Assembly (NCBI GenBank): GCA_049366795.1 | Contig: JBMNCP010000026.1 | Location: 18,608 to 82,607 of the forward strand | Reading direction: 5' to 3' | DNA from: Desulfobacterales bacterium | GTDB lineage: Bacteria; Desulfobacterota; Desulfobacteria; Desulfobacterales; UBA5852 | Length of the DNA: 64,000 nucleotides | Shown here: one piece after another, positions 17,081 to 27,379 of the stretch | How the letters are laid out: every line of letters begins with the position of its first letter | Position numbering within the stretch: position 1 is the stretch's first letter | Position numbers and translations under genes: made by a program | The notes under the pieces: model-generated | Told to the model about the DNA's origin: nothing | The model's input: the letters and a program-made list of their open reading frames with translations, nothing else | Databases searched by the model: none

Positions 17081-18669
17081 ATCGGCCTCCTCTCATTGCG
17101 CGCCCCGGCGGTGCTGCGGCCGTTGTCGACGGGAAACCGCAGCAGAAAGCGGGTGCCCTCCCCCGGCCGGCTTTCCACCTCGATGTGTCCATGGTGGCTT
17201 TCCACGATTCCGTATACGGTCGAAAGCCCGAGTCCGACGCCGTAACCTTCATCCTTGGTAGTGTAAAAAGGCTCGAAAATGTGGGGCAGATGCGCCTCCG
17301 AGATGCCGGCGCCGGTGTCCCGGATCTCAAGAAGCACCGCCCGGTCGGCCGCCTCGTGTGTCGCGGTCAGGAAGATGGTTCCCCCTTTCGGCATCGCGTC
17401 GATGGCGTTGAAAATCAGATTGATGATGCACTGTTGGAGCTGATTGGCATCCCCCTGGATGTCAGGCAGCTCGGGAGCGATCCGGGTTTCCAGGCGGATG
17501 CGGCTCAGCTCCAGCTTGTGCTGGGTCAGCAGGATCGATCGGTCCAGGAGATCGTCCAGTGAAACGGCACCGAATGCGGGGGAGGATTTTCGGGAAAAAG
17601 TCAGGAGGCTGGAGACGATCTCGGAGCAGCGGGCGCTTTCCTTTTCGATGAGGTCGAGATAGGCGATGAACTTGTCGCGATTTTCCGCTTTCAGTTCGCC
17701 TCGCCCCAATATCCGGATCATCAGCCGACAGTAGTTGAGTATGCCGGCCAGCGGGTTGTTGATCTCATGGACCACGCTCGCGGCCAGCCGGCCCAGCGAC
17801 ATCATCTTGTCCTGGTGGAGCACCCGCGACTGGTCCTCCATCTCCCGCTCCAGCCGGTGGATTTCCCGAAGGTCCCGGCAGAAACAGACCAGGCCGCTCT
17901 CCACGCCCTTCTCCCGAATGACCGATGCCGACAGCTGAATCGGAATGCGCCCTCCCTCCCTGCTCTTCAGCGTGGTCTCGAACTTGAACAGCCGGTCCTC
18001 GCCGCCGTAACGGTCATCGGCAAGGGCTCGCCGCATCCGTTCCTCCTCTTCCGGCAGAAAGAAGGTGCCGAAAGGCTTGCGATGGATCACCTCGCTCTTT
18101 CGAAACCCGGTCAACTGCTCCATTCCGGCATTGAAGGTCACGACCCGGCCTTCGGCATTGCAGCCGATAATCCCGTCCATCGAGCTGTCGATCAGACGGT
18201 TCTGGAACTCGATGGCCTCCATCAACTCCTCGGTGGTTTCGGACCAGTCGCGTTCCAGGAACTCCGTATAGACGCACAGGTTTCTCCGGTCGGTAAACCG
18301 CTGTTTGGCGCGGGAGAGCGCCACGTCGAGGGCTTCCTTGTCGAGAGGCTTGGCGATGAAGTCCGATGCGTCGCGTTGAAGGGCGCGAACCGCCACCTCC
18401 ATGTCGCCGAAGGCGGTCGCGACGACGACTTCGACGTCGGGATACCTCTTTTTGACGGCTTCCAGCAGCTCGATGCCATCCATGCCCGGCATCCGGATGT
18501 CGGTGATAATAATCTGGGGTGGGTTCGATTCGCAGAGCTTCAGCGCTTCCAGGCCGTTCGGGGCCGTTTCGACACGGTAGCCCGCATCCTCGAGGTAGAG
18601 CCTGGCGACATCCCGGATGCCGGCTTCGTCGTCGACGAAGAGAATATTCCATTCCTGGTTGGGACGCAT
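17062..18669 (-). CDS. hybrid sensor: N-terminal receiver + PAS + HisKA/HATPase histidine kinase
   Basis: Start at MRPNQEWNILFVDDE (GGAGAAGG RBS). It has REC (ITDIRMPGMDG), PAS, the H-box SVVHEINNPLAG, and the N/G boxes NAIDAM...DTGAGI...GVGLGLS. Confidence 0.9.
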   Translation of the reverse strand: MRPNQEWNILFVDDEAGIRDVARLYLEDAGYRVETAPNGLEALKLCESNPPQIIITDIRMPGMDGIELLEAVKKRYPDVEVVVATAFGDMEVAVRALQRDASDFIAKPLDKEALDVALSRAKQRFTDRRNLCVYTEFLERDWSETTEELMEAIEFQNRLIDSSMDGIIGCNAEGRVVTFNAGMEQLTGFRKSEVIHRKPFGTFFLPEEEERMRRALADDRYGGEDRLFKFETTLKSREGGRIPIQLSASVIREKGVESGLVCFCRDLREIHRLEREMEDQSRVLHQDKMMSLGRLAASVVHEINNPLAGILNYCRLMIRILGRGELKAENRDKFIAYLDLIEKESARCSEIVSSLLTFSRKSSPAFGAVSLDDLLDRSILLTQHKLELSRIRLETRIAPELPDIQGDANQLQQCIINLIFNAIDAMPKGGTIFLTATHEAADRAVLLEIRDTGAGISEAHLPHIFEPFYTTKDEGYGVGLGLSTVYGIVESHHGHIEVESRPGEGTRFLLRFPVDNGRSTAGARNERRPIWERKS

Positions 18670-18765
18670 CGCCTTCTCCGGTTGAAGTTCCACTGGGTCG
18701 CCCCTGAAAGCCGTCGAGATCCGACGGCCGGTCCGCACCGCGGATCACATGGCTTCCCAAAGCCG

Positions 18766-20286
18766 TCAGGTCGCCGCTTCAAATGGAATCGTGATCCGGA
18801 AGCGGCTGCCGACTCCCGGTTCGGAATTCACCTCGATGGCTCCCCCGTGCTGCTGAATGATCTTCTTGGCGATGAAAAGGCCGATGCCGGTTCCGTGGGT
18901 TCCCTTCGAGGAGAAAAAAAGCGTAAAGATATTCCTGCGCGTTTCATCGTTCATACCGATGCCGTTGTCTTCGATACGGAAGATCACGGCGCCGTCGCCG
19001 GCCTCGGCGCTGAAGGAGACGGCATGGGTTTTTTCCGAGGAGTCGCCCTGGCAGGCCTCGATCGCATTCTCGACAATGTTGACCAGCGCCGTCGAAAGCT
19101 GGTCGCGGTCGATGACGATCGAGCGCCCCCGCAGGGATGCATCGATTTCCCGACGAAAGGGAATATCCCGCTGCCGCGCCTTCGGTGCCGCCGTCGCGGC
19201 GACCTCGTCCATGAACCCATCGATCGGCGTCGCCTCCCGGTGGAGGGTTCTCTCCTTGGAGTAATACAGAATGTCGAGAATCAGGCTTCGGATCCGGTCG
19301 GCCATGACTTTCACCGTGGCCACGCCCTCGGTGACCTTCCCGGGATCTTCCCGGCTGACGCCTGAATCGATCAGATACAACCCGCCGTCGAGCCCGGTGA
19401 GAAGACCTTTGATGCCGTGCGAGACCGAGCCGATCATCAACCCCAGCGAGGCCAGTCGATCCTTGAGATCGACGATCTGGGATATGTCCATGGCCATCAG
19501 CATGACCCCGTCGATCGCCTCGTGATGCCCTTTCAAGGGAGTGGTCCAGGCAAAAAGTTCCAGTCGGTCTCCGCTCTCCGTCGTCAGTTTCAGCTCCCGT
19601 TGATGAGACTGCCCGTCGAAGAAGGTCTGCTCGGCCAGGCAGTCGATGCAAGGCTCGTCGGATCCCTTCAGCACCTCGTAACAGTACACCGGACCCCGCA
19701 TTTCGGCCGGATACGCGAAGTCGTCCTTGAAGAGGCGATTGGCGGCCTTGATGGAAAAATCGCGGTTCAAAACTGCGACGTAGCCGGGCAGCTCGTCGAA
19801 AAGATGCCGGTAGGTTTCGGTGCCGTCCTCCGTTCCGCGCGATGCATTGACCAGCCGCTCGGACTTCTCCCTGATCATATTTTCGAGGCTCTCCGTGTAG
19901 TTATGGAGCTGACGGCGGATCATGATCCGCTCATGGGCCTTCTGGAGCGCCCTGGCCAGCAGCCGTTCATCGATCGGCTTCGTGATGAAGTCGGTGGCCT
20001 CGTATTGGAGGCTCTGGATGGCCAGCTCCATGTCGCCGTGCCCGGTGATGATGATGACTTCGCTGTCCGGGTTTTCACGCTTGAGCCTCCGGAGCAATTC
20101 GATGCCATCCATGCCCGGCATCTTGATGTCGATCAGGGCGATCGGAGGCCGCTCCTTCGGGAAGACCTCCATAGCCTGTCTTCCATTCTCGGCGACGAGC
20201 ACCTCGTAACCCATGTCCCTGAGAATGATGGAGAAAACCTCCCGGATGCCCTCCTCGTCGTCGACCAGCAGGATTTTTTCTTTCAT
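18766..20286 (-). CDS. hybrid sensor: N-terminal receiver + sensory domain + histidine kinase
   Basis: MKEKILLVDDEEG...LIDIKMPGMDG is followed by the H-box GSVSHGIKGLLTG and the ATPase motifs NAIEA...DNGIGM...GTGIGL. I preferred the ATG at 20286 (GGGAGG RBS) over the TTG at 20292. Confidence 0.85.
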   Translation of the reverse strand: MKEKILLVDDEEGIREVFSIILRDMGYEVLVAENGRQAMEVFPKERPPIALIDIKMPGMDGIELLRRLKRENPDSEVIIITGHGDMELAIQSLQYEATDFITKPIDERLLARALQKAHERIMIRRQLHNYTESLENMIREKSERLVNASRGTEDGTETYRHLFDELPGYVAVLNRDFSIKAANRLFKDDFAYPAEMRGPVYCYEVLKGSDEPCIDCLAEQTFFDGQSHQRELKLTTESGDRLELFAWTTPLKGHHEAIDGVMLMAMDISQIVDLKDRLASLGLMIGSVSHGIKGLLTGLDGGLYLIDSGVSREDPGKVTEGVATVKVMADRIRSLILDILYYSKERTLHREATPIDGFMDEVAATAAPKARQRDIPFRREIDASLRGRSIVIDRDQLSTALVNIVENAIEACQGDSSEKTHAVSFSAEAGDGAVIFRIEDNGIGMNDETRRNIFTLFFSSKGTHGTGIGLFIAKKIIQQHGGAIEVNSEPGVGSRFRITIPFEAAT

Positions 20287-20347
20287 CGGCAAACCTCCCG
20301 AACCGCCGGTGGGATGAAGAGCGGTTCCACCGCACGGTGGAAGGGCC

Positions 20348-22069
20348 TCACGACACGTCGATGCCGTAGCGCTTCATTTTGCGCCACAGCGTCGACCGAT
20401 CCATGTTCAGGGCCTGGGCCGCCTGGCCTTTGTTCCACCGCATCCGGTTCAATGCGTCCAGGATCCGCTCTCTTTCCTCCCGGCTTTCCTCTTCCGGTAC
20501 AGGTGCGCAAATGTGGTGCGGCACCTTTCGCGTTTTGTTCCCGAGCAGGGTAGGCGGGAGATGCCGCTTCTCGATCACCTCCGACTGGCACAGGATCATT
20601 GCGTGCTCGATGATGTTCTCCATCTCCCTCACGTTGCCGGGGTAGTCGTGGTTCAGCAGGATCTCCATGACCTCAGCCGAAATCCGGCAGGGTCGGGTCC
20701 CTCTGGCCACGTTGAGCCTTTTGAGGATGTGCCCGACCAGCAGGGGGATGTCGCACCGGCGCTCCCTGAGCGGAGGCAGGTAGAGCCGCATGAGATTCAG
20801 ACGATAAAAAAGATCTTCCCGGAAGGTTTTGGCCTCGACCATGTCCATCAGGTTCTGGTTGGTGGCCGATATGATTCGGACATCCACCTGGGTGGTCTGA
20901 CGGCTCCCGAGCGGATAGAATTCCTTGTCTTCGATCACCCGCAGCAGCTTGGCCTGCAAGGGAAGGGGCAGGTCACCGATCTCGTCGAGGAAGAGGGTCC
21001 CTCGGTGCGCCATCTGGAAGCGGCCGGGCTTGTCACGGTCGGCGCCGGTAAATGCGCCCCTGACGTAGCCGAACATCTCCGACTCCAAAAGATTGCCCGG
21101 GATGGAGGCGCAGTTGACCTTGACCATTTTATGGTGCGACCGGGTGCTGGCATTGTGAATGATTTTCGCCAGAAGGTCCTTGCCCGTGCCGGTGGGCCCT
21201 TCGATCAGCACGGTGGCATCGCTGGCGGCGATGACCGGTGCGGCCTCGAAGATCCGCTGCATGTCGGGATGCTTGCTGACCATGTCGCAGAAGGTGTACT
21301 GCTCTTTGACGACCCGGTCGAGCTGATACTGGAGCGACAGGTCGGAAAGGGTCGTCATGCCGCCGACCACGGTACCGTCCTCGTTTCGGATGGGAAAGTA
21401 CTTCGCCCGTATGGGGATGTGATTCCCGGACTTGTCGACGATTTCGGTTTTCAGGCACTCCCTGTCTCCCTCAGTGGCGATCGCCCCTCCTCTCAAATCC
21501 TCGCAGAAGGACTTGCCAAAAACCGTTCCGCAGTTTCGGCCCAGCAGCTCGGTCCGGGAATAGCCCGTGATCGTTTCGGCCATCCGGTTGAAGAAGGCGA
21601 TATGCCCGTTGAGATCCACCGTGAACACGGCATGGTCCAGGCTGTCCAGAATATGCTTCAGCTTGAGGCCTTCGAAACGGATGCGCTGCATGAGTTCATG
21701 GAGGACCGTCTTGTCCTGGAAGACTTCGACGCAGCCGACAATACGGCCGTCCGCTCCGTAGAGAGGGCACTCGATCTTGGTGATGCTGCAGAGGCGATTG
21801 TCCTGGTCGGTGATCCGGATCTGGGATACGACGGTTTCGCGTTCGGCGTCCGGAGAGTCCAGGTACTTGCATCGTCCGCCGCAGAGATAATCCAGGAAGA
21901 TATCGTAGCAGAACCGGCCCAGGACATCGGCCTCCCTGGCGCCGGTCAGCTTTTCGGCGACGGCGTTCATGGCCATGATCTTCCGATGTTCGGACAGGAC
22001 GATCACGCCCAGGGCGAGCCGCTCGAAGATTCCCGAAATCTGATCGTATCGGATCAACGCATCCGTCAT
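20348..22069 (-). CDS. dual-PAS sigma54-dependent transcriptional activator (no receiver)
   Basis: Start at [10 protein letters not shown], overlapping the kinase stop as ATGA. It has two PAS-like regions, then [15 protein letters not shown]...GAFTGA and a C-terminal HTH ([18 protein letters not shown]). Confidence 0.9.
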   Translation of the reverse strand: MTDALIRYDQISGIFERLALGVIVLSEHRKIMAMNAVAEKLTGAREADVLGRFCYDIFLDYLCGGRCKYLDSPDAERETVVSQIRITDQDNRLCSITKIECPLYGADGRIVGCVEVFQDKTVLHELMQRIRFEGLKLKHILDSLDHAVFTVDLNGHIAFFNRMAETITGYSRTELLGRNCGTVFGKSFCEDLRGGAIATEGDRECLKTEIVDKSGNHIPIRAKYFPIRNEDGTVVGGMTTLSDLSLQYQLDRVVKEQYTFCDMVSKHPDMQRIFEAAPVIAASDATVLIEGPTGTGKDLLAKIIHNASTRSHHKMVKVNCASIPGNLLESEMFGYVRGAFTGADRDKPGRFQMAHRGTLFLDEIGDLPLPLQAKLLRVIEDKEFYPLGSRQTTQVDVRIISATNQNLMDMVEAKTFREDLFYRLNLMRLYLPPLRERRCDIPLLVGHILKRLNVARGTRPCRISAEVMEILLNHDYPGNVREMENIIEHAMILCQSEVIEKRHLPPTLLGNKTRKVPHHICAPVPEEESREERERILDALNRMRWNKGQAAQALNMDRSTLWRKMKRYGIDVS

Positions 22070-24354
22070 GGCATCGGCTCCAGCGCCCGGAACCGAAGGA
22101 CGAAACAGGCGCCTCCGGACCGGCCGGGTAGTGCGTGGATGGTTCCCCCGCAATCCTTGATGATACCGTAGCTGATCGACAGTCCTAAACCGGTTCCCTT
22201 GCCGACCTCCTTGGTGGTAAAGAACGGTTCGAAGATTTTCTCCCGCAACGCCTCCGGGATCCCCGGCCCGCTGTCCTCGACCTCGACGACAACCGCCCCG
22301 TTTTTCCGACGGGAACGGAGATCGATCCATTTTTCAGCGGCATTCCCCGGAGCCTGGCCGAGCCCCCCTGCCTGAGCGTACTCCTCGATGGCATCCCTGG
22401 CGTTGATCAGAAGATTGATGAACACCTGCTCCATCCGGCTGCCGTCGGCAAGGATATCCGGAAGTTCCGGATCGAGATCACAGCGGACTTCGATGCCGCG
22501 GACCTTGAGCTGCTGGCTGAAAATTTCGAGTGCCCTGTGGAGCACCTCGTTGAGATTGATTCGCTCCTTGTCCGGACTGGACTTTCGTCCGAACTCCCGC
22601 ATGTGGTTGATGATCCGGGTGGCTCGACGGATGTGGCTGTCCGTCTGCTCGGCCAGCTTGCGAAGAATCCCCTCCTCGATGGGCTCGCCGTTTTCCAGTT
22701 TTTTCAGGAAAAAGCCGCTGGCCATCTTGATCACCGACAGGGGCTGGTTGAGTTCATGGGCGACGCCGGTGGCCATTTCACCCAGCGTGGCCATCTTGCT
22801 GGCGTGAATGAGCTGCTGCTCGACCTCGAGCCGCTTGGTGATATCGCTGGTGGTCACGAGGAGAACCCGTCGGCCTTCGGATTCAGACGGGGAGATCCGA
22901 ATATTGACGGTCAGCGTGCGGCCATCCTTGGCCACATGCCTTTCCTGATTCAGCTCGACCGAGTTGCGCAGCTTGAATGCAATCCGCTCGGCAGGTTTTT
23001 CATAGAAGAAGTCGAGGAATGATGTTTGAATTATATCATGTTTTTCGTATCCGTAAACCGCGGTGACGCTGTCGTTGCAATCGACGATTTCGAGCGTCTC
23101 CGCATCCAGCACGAAAATCGGGTTGGGAATGTTGTCGAAGATGGCCTGGTATTTTTTCTCGAACTGCCGGAGGCGTGTCTCCAGGGACTTGAGTTGGGTG
23201 AGATCCAGGTTCATCTCCATGGCCGCCACGATGCGGCCTTCGGCGTCCTTCATGGGTGAAGCAACCGCCAGCCAGTGAAGGGTGTTGCCATCCTGGTCGA
23301 TGCCCGTCTCTTCGCCGAACTGTGGGGCACCTTCCTGGAATGTCCTTTCGACCAGGCAGTTTTCGCACTTCTCGCTTCTTCCCTTGTAGGCGTGATAGCA
23401 ATAGTCGCCCTTCATGGGGTGGAACTTCTCGGCGAAGCGCCGGTTGTAGTTGAGCAGCCGGAAATCCCGGTCCTGCAGGGTGATCTCGCAGGGGACCATT
23501 TCGAAGAGGGTCTGGTATTCTTCCTTCTGGCGGCGCAGCTCCGCCTGGCTCGTCGCGATTTCCAGCCCCATCCGGTTGAACGCTATGGCCAGCTGACCGA
23601 TCTCGTCCTCGCTCCGGATGGGCACGCCGGTGCTGTAATCGCCCCTGGCCAGCCGCCGCGTTTCTCCGATCAGCCGTCGGATCGGCCGGTTGACGAATCG
23701 CAGCATGAGAACGACGATGGTGGTGGACGCGATCAGGAACATCACCAGCGCCAGGGTAATGATGCCTCTCTTGAGCACCAGAATTTCCCGGTCCGTGTTC
23801 CTGAGGGACAGGATCACATCCAGCGCGCCCAGGACCTTCTTGTCGGATGGATGCACGTGGCATACATCGGTGGCGCAGCCTGCCTGGTTCCAGATGGGCG
23901 TGATGATGCCCATGTGGCGGTCGCCTTGCGTGTCGGAAAAGATTCGCGTCCGTTTCTCGGATGCCAACTCTGAAACCGGCGGATCGAATCTGTGGCAGAC
24001 ATCGCAGGCCTCGGCCTTGATGTTCGTCGTTCGGTTGACCTCCTCGATGCGGTTGGTAAACTTTATTTCTCCGGCCTTGTTGTAGATCCGGATGGTTTCG
24101 ATCTCCTGCTGCCGGGCGATATTGTTGATGATCTCGTTGATGTCGTCCCGGGAGTTGTGCATCATGGCGAAGTGGGTGCCGAGCCGGATGGTTCTCCCCA
24201 GCCGCACCGCCTCGCCCAGCTTGTGCTCCATGAGATTTTGCTTCTGATACTCGATATTGAAGTATGCCCACACCCCGATGGTGACCATCAGGGTCAGTCC
24301 GACCCCCACGATGAGCTTCGAAACCAGGCTGTGCCGCATCAAGCGGGCTGGCAT
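22066..24354 (-). CDS. membrane sensor histidine kinase with periplasmic domain carrying haem-c type motifs, HAMP, two PAS
   Basis: 762 aa. TM1 (aa ~12-32) and TM2 (~198-218) flank a loop containing CDVCH and CATDVCH. It continues with HAMP, PAS, the H-box [11 protein letters not shown] and the ATPase motifs NARDA...DSGPGI...GTGLGLS. Confidence 0.9.
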   Translation of the reverse strand: MPARLMRHSLVSKLIVGVGLTLMVTIGVWAYFNIEYQKQNLMEHKLGEAVRLGRTIRLGTHFAMMHNSRDDINEIINNIARQQEIETIRIYNKAGEIKFTNRIEEVNRTTNIKAEACDVCHRFDPPVSELASEKRTRIFSDTQGDRHMGIITPIWNQAGCATDVCHVHPSDKKVLGALDVILSLRNTDREILVLKRGIITLALVMFLIASTTIVVLMLRFVNRPIRRLIGETRRLARGDYSTGVPIRSEDEIGQLAIAFNRMGLEIATSQAELRRQKEEYQTLFEMVPCEITLQDRDFRLLNYNRRFAEKFHPMKGDYCYHAYKGRSEKCENCLVERTFQEGAPQFGEETGIDQDGNTLHWLAVASPMKDAEGRIVAAMEMNLDLTQLKSLETRLRQFEKKYQAIFDNIPNPIFVLDAETLEIVDCNDSVTAVYGYEKHDIIQTSFLDFFYEKPAERIAFKLRNSVELNQERHVAKDGRTLTVNIRISPSESEGRRVLLVTTSDITKRLEVEQQLIHASKMATLGEMATGVAHELNQPLSVIKMASGFFLKKLENGEPIEEGILRKLAEQTDSHIRRATRIINHMREFGRKSSPDKERINLNEVLHRALEIFSQQLKVRGIEVRCDLDPELPDILADGSRMEQVFINLLINARDAIEEYAQAGGLGQAPGNAAEKWIDLRSRRKNGAVVVEVEDSGPGIPEALREKIFEPFFTTKEVGKGTGLGLSISYGIIKDCGGTIHALPGRSGGACFVLRFRALEPMP

Positions 24355-24508
24355 TTGTCCGATCTCCCGGCGTCACAGGCGAGTTGGGCTTCCGTCCGGA
24401 TCGCATCGGATGCTTCGTTAGGTCCTGCCAGCGGTTTTCCGGCGGACTCGAAAGGCCGGTTAGCCGCATCAGGTGCGATCCGGGGCGGCACGCCAACCTC
24501 ATTTCATC

Positions 24509-25807
24509 TCAGAGCCCGACCTCCGCCAGGTCCGGCCCCAGGTATTCCCGCTCGTTTTCTCCCAGGATGCCCAGGGACAGGCAGATCAGCGTCCACAGGT
24601 GCACCGTGTGGTAAGGGGCCTCGAAGTGCTCGGCCAGATCGTGGATCTGCGAGTGGCAGTTGTGGCATGCCGCGATGCAGTAGGATGCCTCGGTGTCCAG
24701 GATCTGGCGCAGCTTTAGCTTCCCATATTCCCGCCTGGCGTCCACGTACCCCGACTGCAGGAATCCCCCCCCGCCGCCGCAGCAGTAGTTGTTCGAGCGG
24801 TTGGGGTACATCTCGACGAAATTCTCCTCGCCCACGACGGACTTGACAACGAACCTCAGGTCTTCCGCGATGGGATCGCCGTAGCTTTTCCGTACGATCT
24901 GGCAGGGATCCTGAACGGTGAACTTGATCTTCAGATCCTTGTTCCAGTCGGAATTCACCTTGAGCTTCCCCTCGCGGATCCACCTGGCGTAGTATTCGTA
25001 AATGTTGACGACGTCGAAATCGTGCTCGATACCGAATTTTTTCAGTCCGGCCCGGACTGCGTAAGTGACGTGCCCTCACTCGGTATTGAGATAGACCTTG
25101 CACCCCAGGTCATGGCATTGTTTCGCCGACAATTCGACCACGTGACGCCAGCTGTCATCGTCGGCCAGGAACATGCAGTAGTTTTCCCCGCCCCAGCCTT
25201 TGCTCCCGTATGTCCAGTCCGCCTTGACCTGTTGGAGGATCTTCCACAGGGGCACCATCTCGTCGGGTTCCGTGACGGGCTCCCGGGAGTTCTGGTTCAG
25301 GAAGAACCGGGCGCCCTTCTTGTCGATCGGCGCCTCCAGGGTTTCGAAACCCGGCTGGTTTTCCCGGACTTCCGCGAGGACGTCCTCCACCACGAACTGA
25401 AAATCCTCGGGAGAGGCGCCCATGGCGCTGCAGCTGTCGTTTCTGAGCGCCATGTCGCAGGACTCGCGGATGCCCTTCGGCCGCTCCTCCCGTGGCCAAC
25501 TGGCGCGCACCTCGTAGACGAGGGCGGGGATGTCGATCTGCATGGGGCAGACATAGACGCACCGCTGGCAGAGACTGCACATCCAGACCCACGGGGTGGC
25601 GCGAATCTCCTCCTCCAGACCGAGTGCGGCCATCCGCAGGAACTTTCGTGGATCCATGCCTTCGAGCCCCGTGGCCGGGCACCCCGAGGCGCAGGCGCCG
25701 CAGGTGAGACACAGATCGAGGTTTCCTCCGTCGGGCAGGAGGTCCCTCACCTTGGCCATCAGCGGGCTTTGCCGTTCCGCGCCGAGCTGAATCGCCGCTT
25801 CGCCCAT
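24509..25807 (-). CDS. hdrD: HdrD/DsrK-like Fe-S + CCG-domain heterodisulfide-reductase-family protein, predicted selenoprotein (UGA at 25076-25078 read as Sec)
   Basis: Track ORFs 25076-25864 and 24509-24958 are in the same frame, separated only by one TGA. Read-through gives ...KVYLNTE-U-GHVTYAVRAGLKKFGIEHDF...NSDWNKDL.... The N-terminal part has 2x[4Fe-4S] (CLTCGACASGCP, CSLCQRCVYVCP) and the C-terminal part has CCGGGGG...CHNCHSQ. I chose the start at MGEAAIQ because of an AAGGAG RBS. Confidence 0.75.
25043..25059 (-). other. candidate bacterial SECIS hairpin downstream of the hdrD UGA
   Basis: On the mRNA, UGA is followed by 16 nt and then CAGUCC-GGGCC-GGACUG, a 6-7 bp GC-rich stem with a G-rich apical loop. 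Confidence 0.5.
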
Positions 25808-25856
25808 GACACGCTCCTTTCGTCGGTTGTTCAAAGCCGGAGTCGGGCCCTTCGGA

Positions 25857-26738
25857 TTATGCACCGGCCGCCGACCTGATCTTTTGCTGAAAACCCGGAG
25901 TGACGGCCAGGTTCAGCGGTAAACCCAGTTCGGAATGGGAAAGACCGATGGCCATCCCCAACAGCTGGGGGAGATAAAGAATGGTGATTCCCAGGTCTTC
26001 ACCGTAGCGGGATGCGACCTTGTCCTGGTAGGCTTCCAGGTTCATCTGGCACATCGGACAGACCGTCACCACGGCGTCGGCTCCCCGGGCGGCCTTGAGG
26101 ATCCGGTAAACGCGCTCCAGGGCGACGGGCATCTTGGTGTTCATGTGCGATGCCCCACAGCATTTCGCCCCCTCGGACCAGGGGTGGACGGTGGCCCCTG
26201 TGGCTTCGATCAGGGGCTCCATCGACGTCGGAGATTCGGGGTGATCGAAAACCGCGTAGGGTCGCAGGCACTGGCAGCCATAGTAGGGTGCGATGGCGAG
26301 TCCGGAAAGTTCATGGTCGAGCCGCTGCCGGATGGCGTCGGCGCCGACATCCCGGGCCAGCACGTCGAGCAGATGCCGAGGTCTGGATTTCCCCTGGAGG
26401 TGTAGACCGGTCTCGGCCAGCAGGACGTTGACGCCTTCGAGCCGTTTCGGATTTCCGTAGACTTCCATTTCGACCCGTTTCAGGTTGAGGTAGCAGGCGC
26501 TGCAGGGCACCAGGACCTCCGGGTCGTCCGCCATGGTTTCGGCGATGGCGAGGTTCACGGCCGGCAGCGCATCGGTCAGCCGGTTGCTGACAGCCGATGC
26601 CGCACTGGCGCCGCAGCAGGTCCAATCCGTCAGTTCGGTGAGCTGCACGCCCATCCCGGCAAGGAAAGCCTTGGTGGACTGGTTGTACTCTCTCGCGGTG
26701 CCCGTCAGGGAGCAGCCCGGATAGTAGAGATAGTTCAT
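25857..26738 (-). CDS. hdrB: heterodisulfide reductase subunit B-like (two CCG domains)
   Basis: 293 aa from MNYLYYPGCSL, with ...TCCGAS...PCSACY... and ...YGCQC...KCCGAS...CPMCQMN. A GGAGG RBS precedes it. ATGA overlap with hdrC. Confidence 0.9.
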   Translation of the reverse strand: MNYLYYPGCSLTGTAREYNQSTKAFLAGMGVQLTELTDWTCCGASAASAVSNRLTDALPAVNLAIAETMADDPEVLVPCSACYLNLKRVEMEVYGNPKRLEGVNVLLAETGLHLQGKSRPRHLLDVLARDVGADAIRQRLDHELSGLAIAPYYGCQCLRPYAVFDHPESPTSMEPLIEATGATVHPWSEGAKCCGASHMNTKMPVALERVYRILKAARGADAVVTVCPMCQMNLEAYQDKVASRYGEDLGITILYLPQLLGMAIGLSHSELGLPLNLAVTPGFQQKIRSAAGA

Positions 26739-27331
26739 TGCCGCGCCTCCATGGTTTCGGCTTTTCGGAACATGGCTTCCAGGGATCTGTGGCCGCCCCC
26801 GCCCTCCCGCCTGTGGGGACCGAGCTTTCCCTTGCGCATCAGGCGCATGCCCATCGGAGTATACTTCAGTGGCAGCAAGGGTTTCCGGAGCATCTGGGAC
26901 CTGAAATACGCCGAGATGAACCCCATCTCGTTCACCCGCCCGTGGCGGCGGATGCTGTCCATGAAGCATCGGTAGAATGCGGTGCCTTCCTGATGCTCCG
27001 GCATGCCTTCCCGCGCCGCGATCTGCTTGAGCCTGGACATGGCGTCGGTCAGGGGCAGCCCCCGCGGGCATCGCAAGGTGCAGGTGTAGCAGGCGGAGCA
27101 CAGCATGAAGGTATGGCTGCGGAAGATGGCCTCGGTGTCGCCCATGAGGACGAGCCGCCACATGTGGCGCGGGGTCAGATCCATTGCGAATGCGTTGGGG
27201 CATGAGGCTGTACAGGTACCGCACTGCATGCAGGCGTTGACATTCTCCCGTATCGCCGTCAGGTCATCCGCGACGCGGGTCCCTGCAGGCGGAGACCCGC
27301 TGTTCGTCGTATGCGTCTCAGGGGATTTCAT
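26735..27331 (-). CDS. hdrC: heterodisulfide reductase subunit C-like (2x[4Fe-4S])
   Basis: 198 aa with CMQCGTCTASCP and CSACYTCTLRCP. An AAGGAGAA RBS precedes it. Confidence 0.9.
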   Translation of the reverse strand: MKSPETHTTNSGSPPAGTRVADDLTAIRENVNACMQCGTCTASCPNAFAMDLTPRHMWRLVLMGDTEAIFRSHTFMLCSACYTCTLRCPRGLPLTDAMSRLKQIAAREGMPEHQEGTAFYRCFMDSIRRHGRVNEMGFISAYFRSQMLRKPLLPLKYTPMGMRLMRKGKLGPHRREGGGGHRSLEAMFRKAETMEARQ

Positions 27332-27379
27332 GGGTTCTCCTTTCGGGATGCGCGCAAACCGGCCGGTCCGTGAAGGGCA

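Noticed and set aside
25076-25078. TGA splitting the HdrD-like gene, read as a pseudogene or two separate genes
   Set aside because: Both halves stay in one frame with no other lesion, and each half alone lacks part of the Fe-S/CCG architecture. The codon sits where a Cys is expected, and a hairpin follows at SECIS distance. I therefore favoured selenocysteine recoding, though it still needs confirmation.
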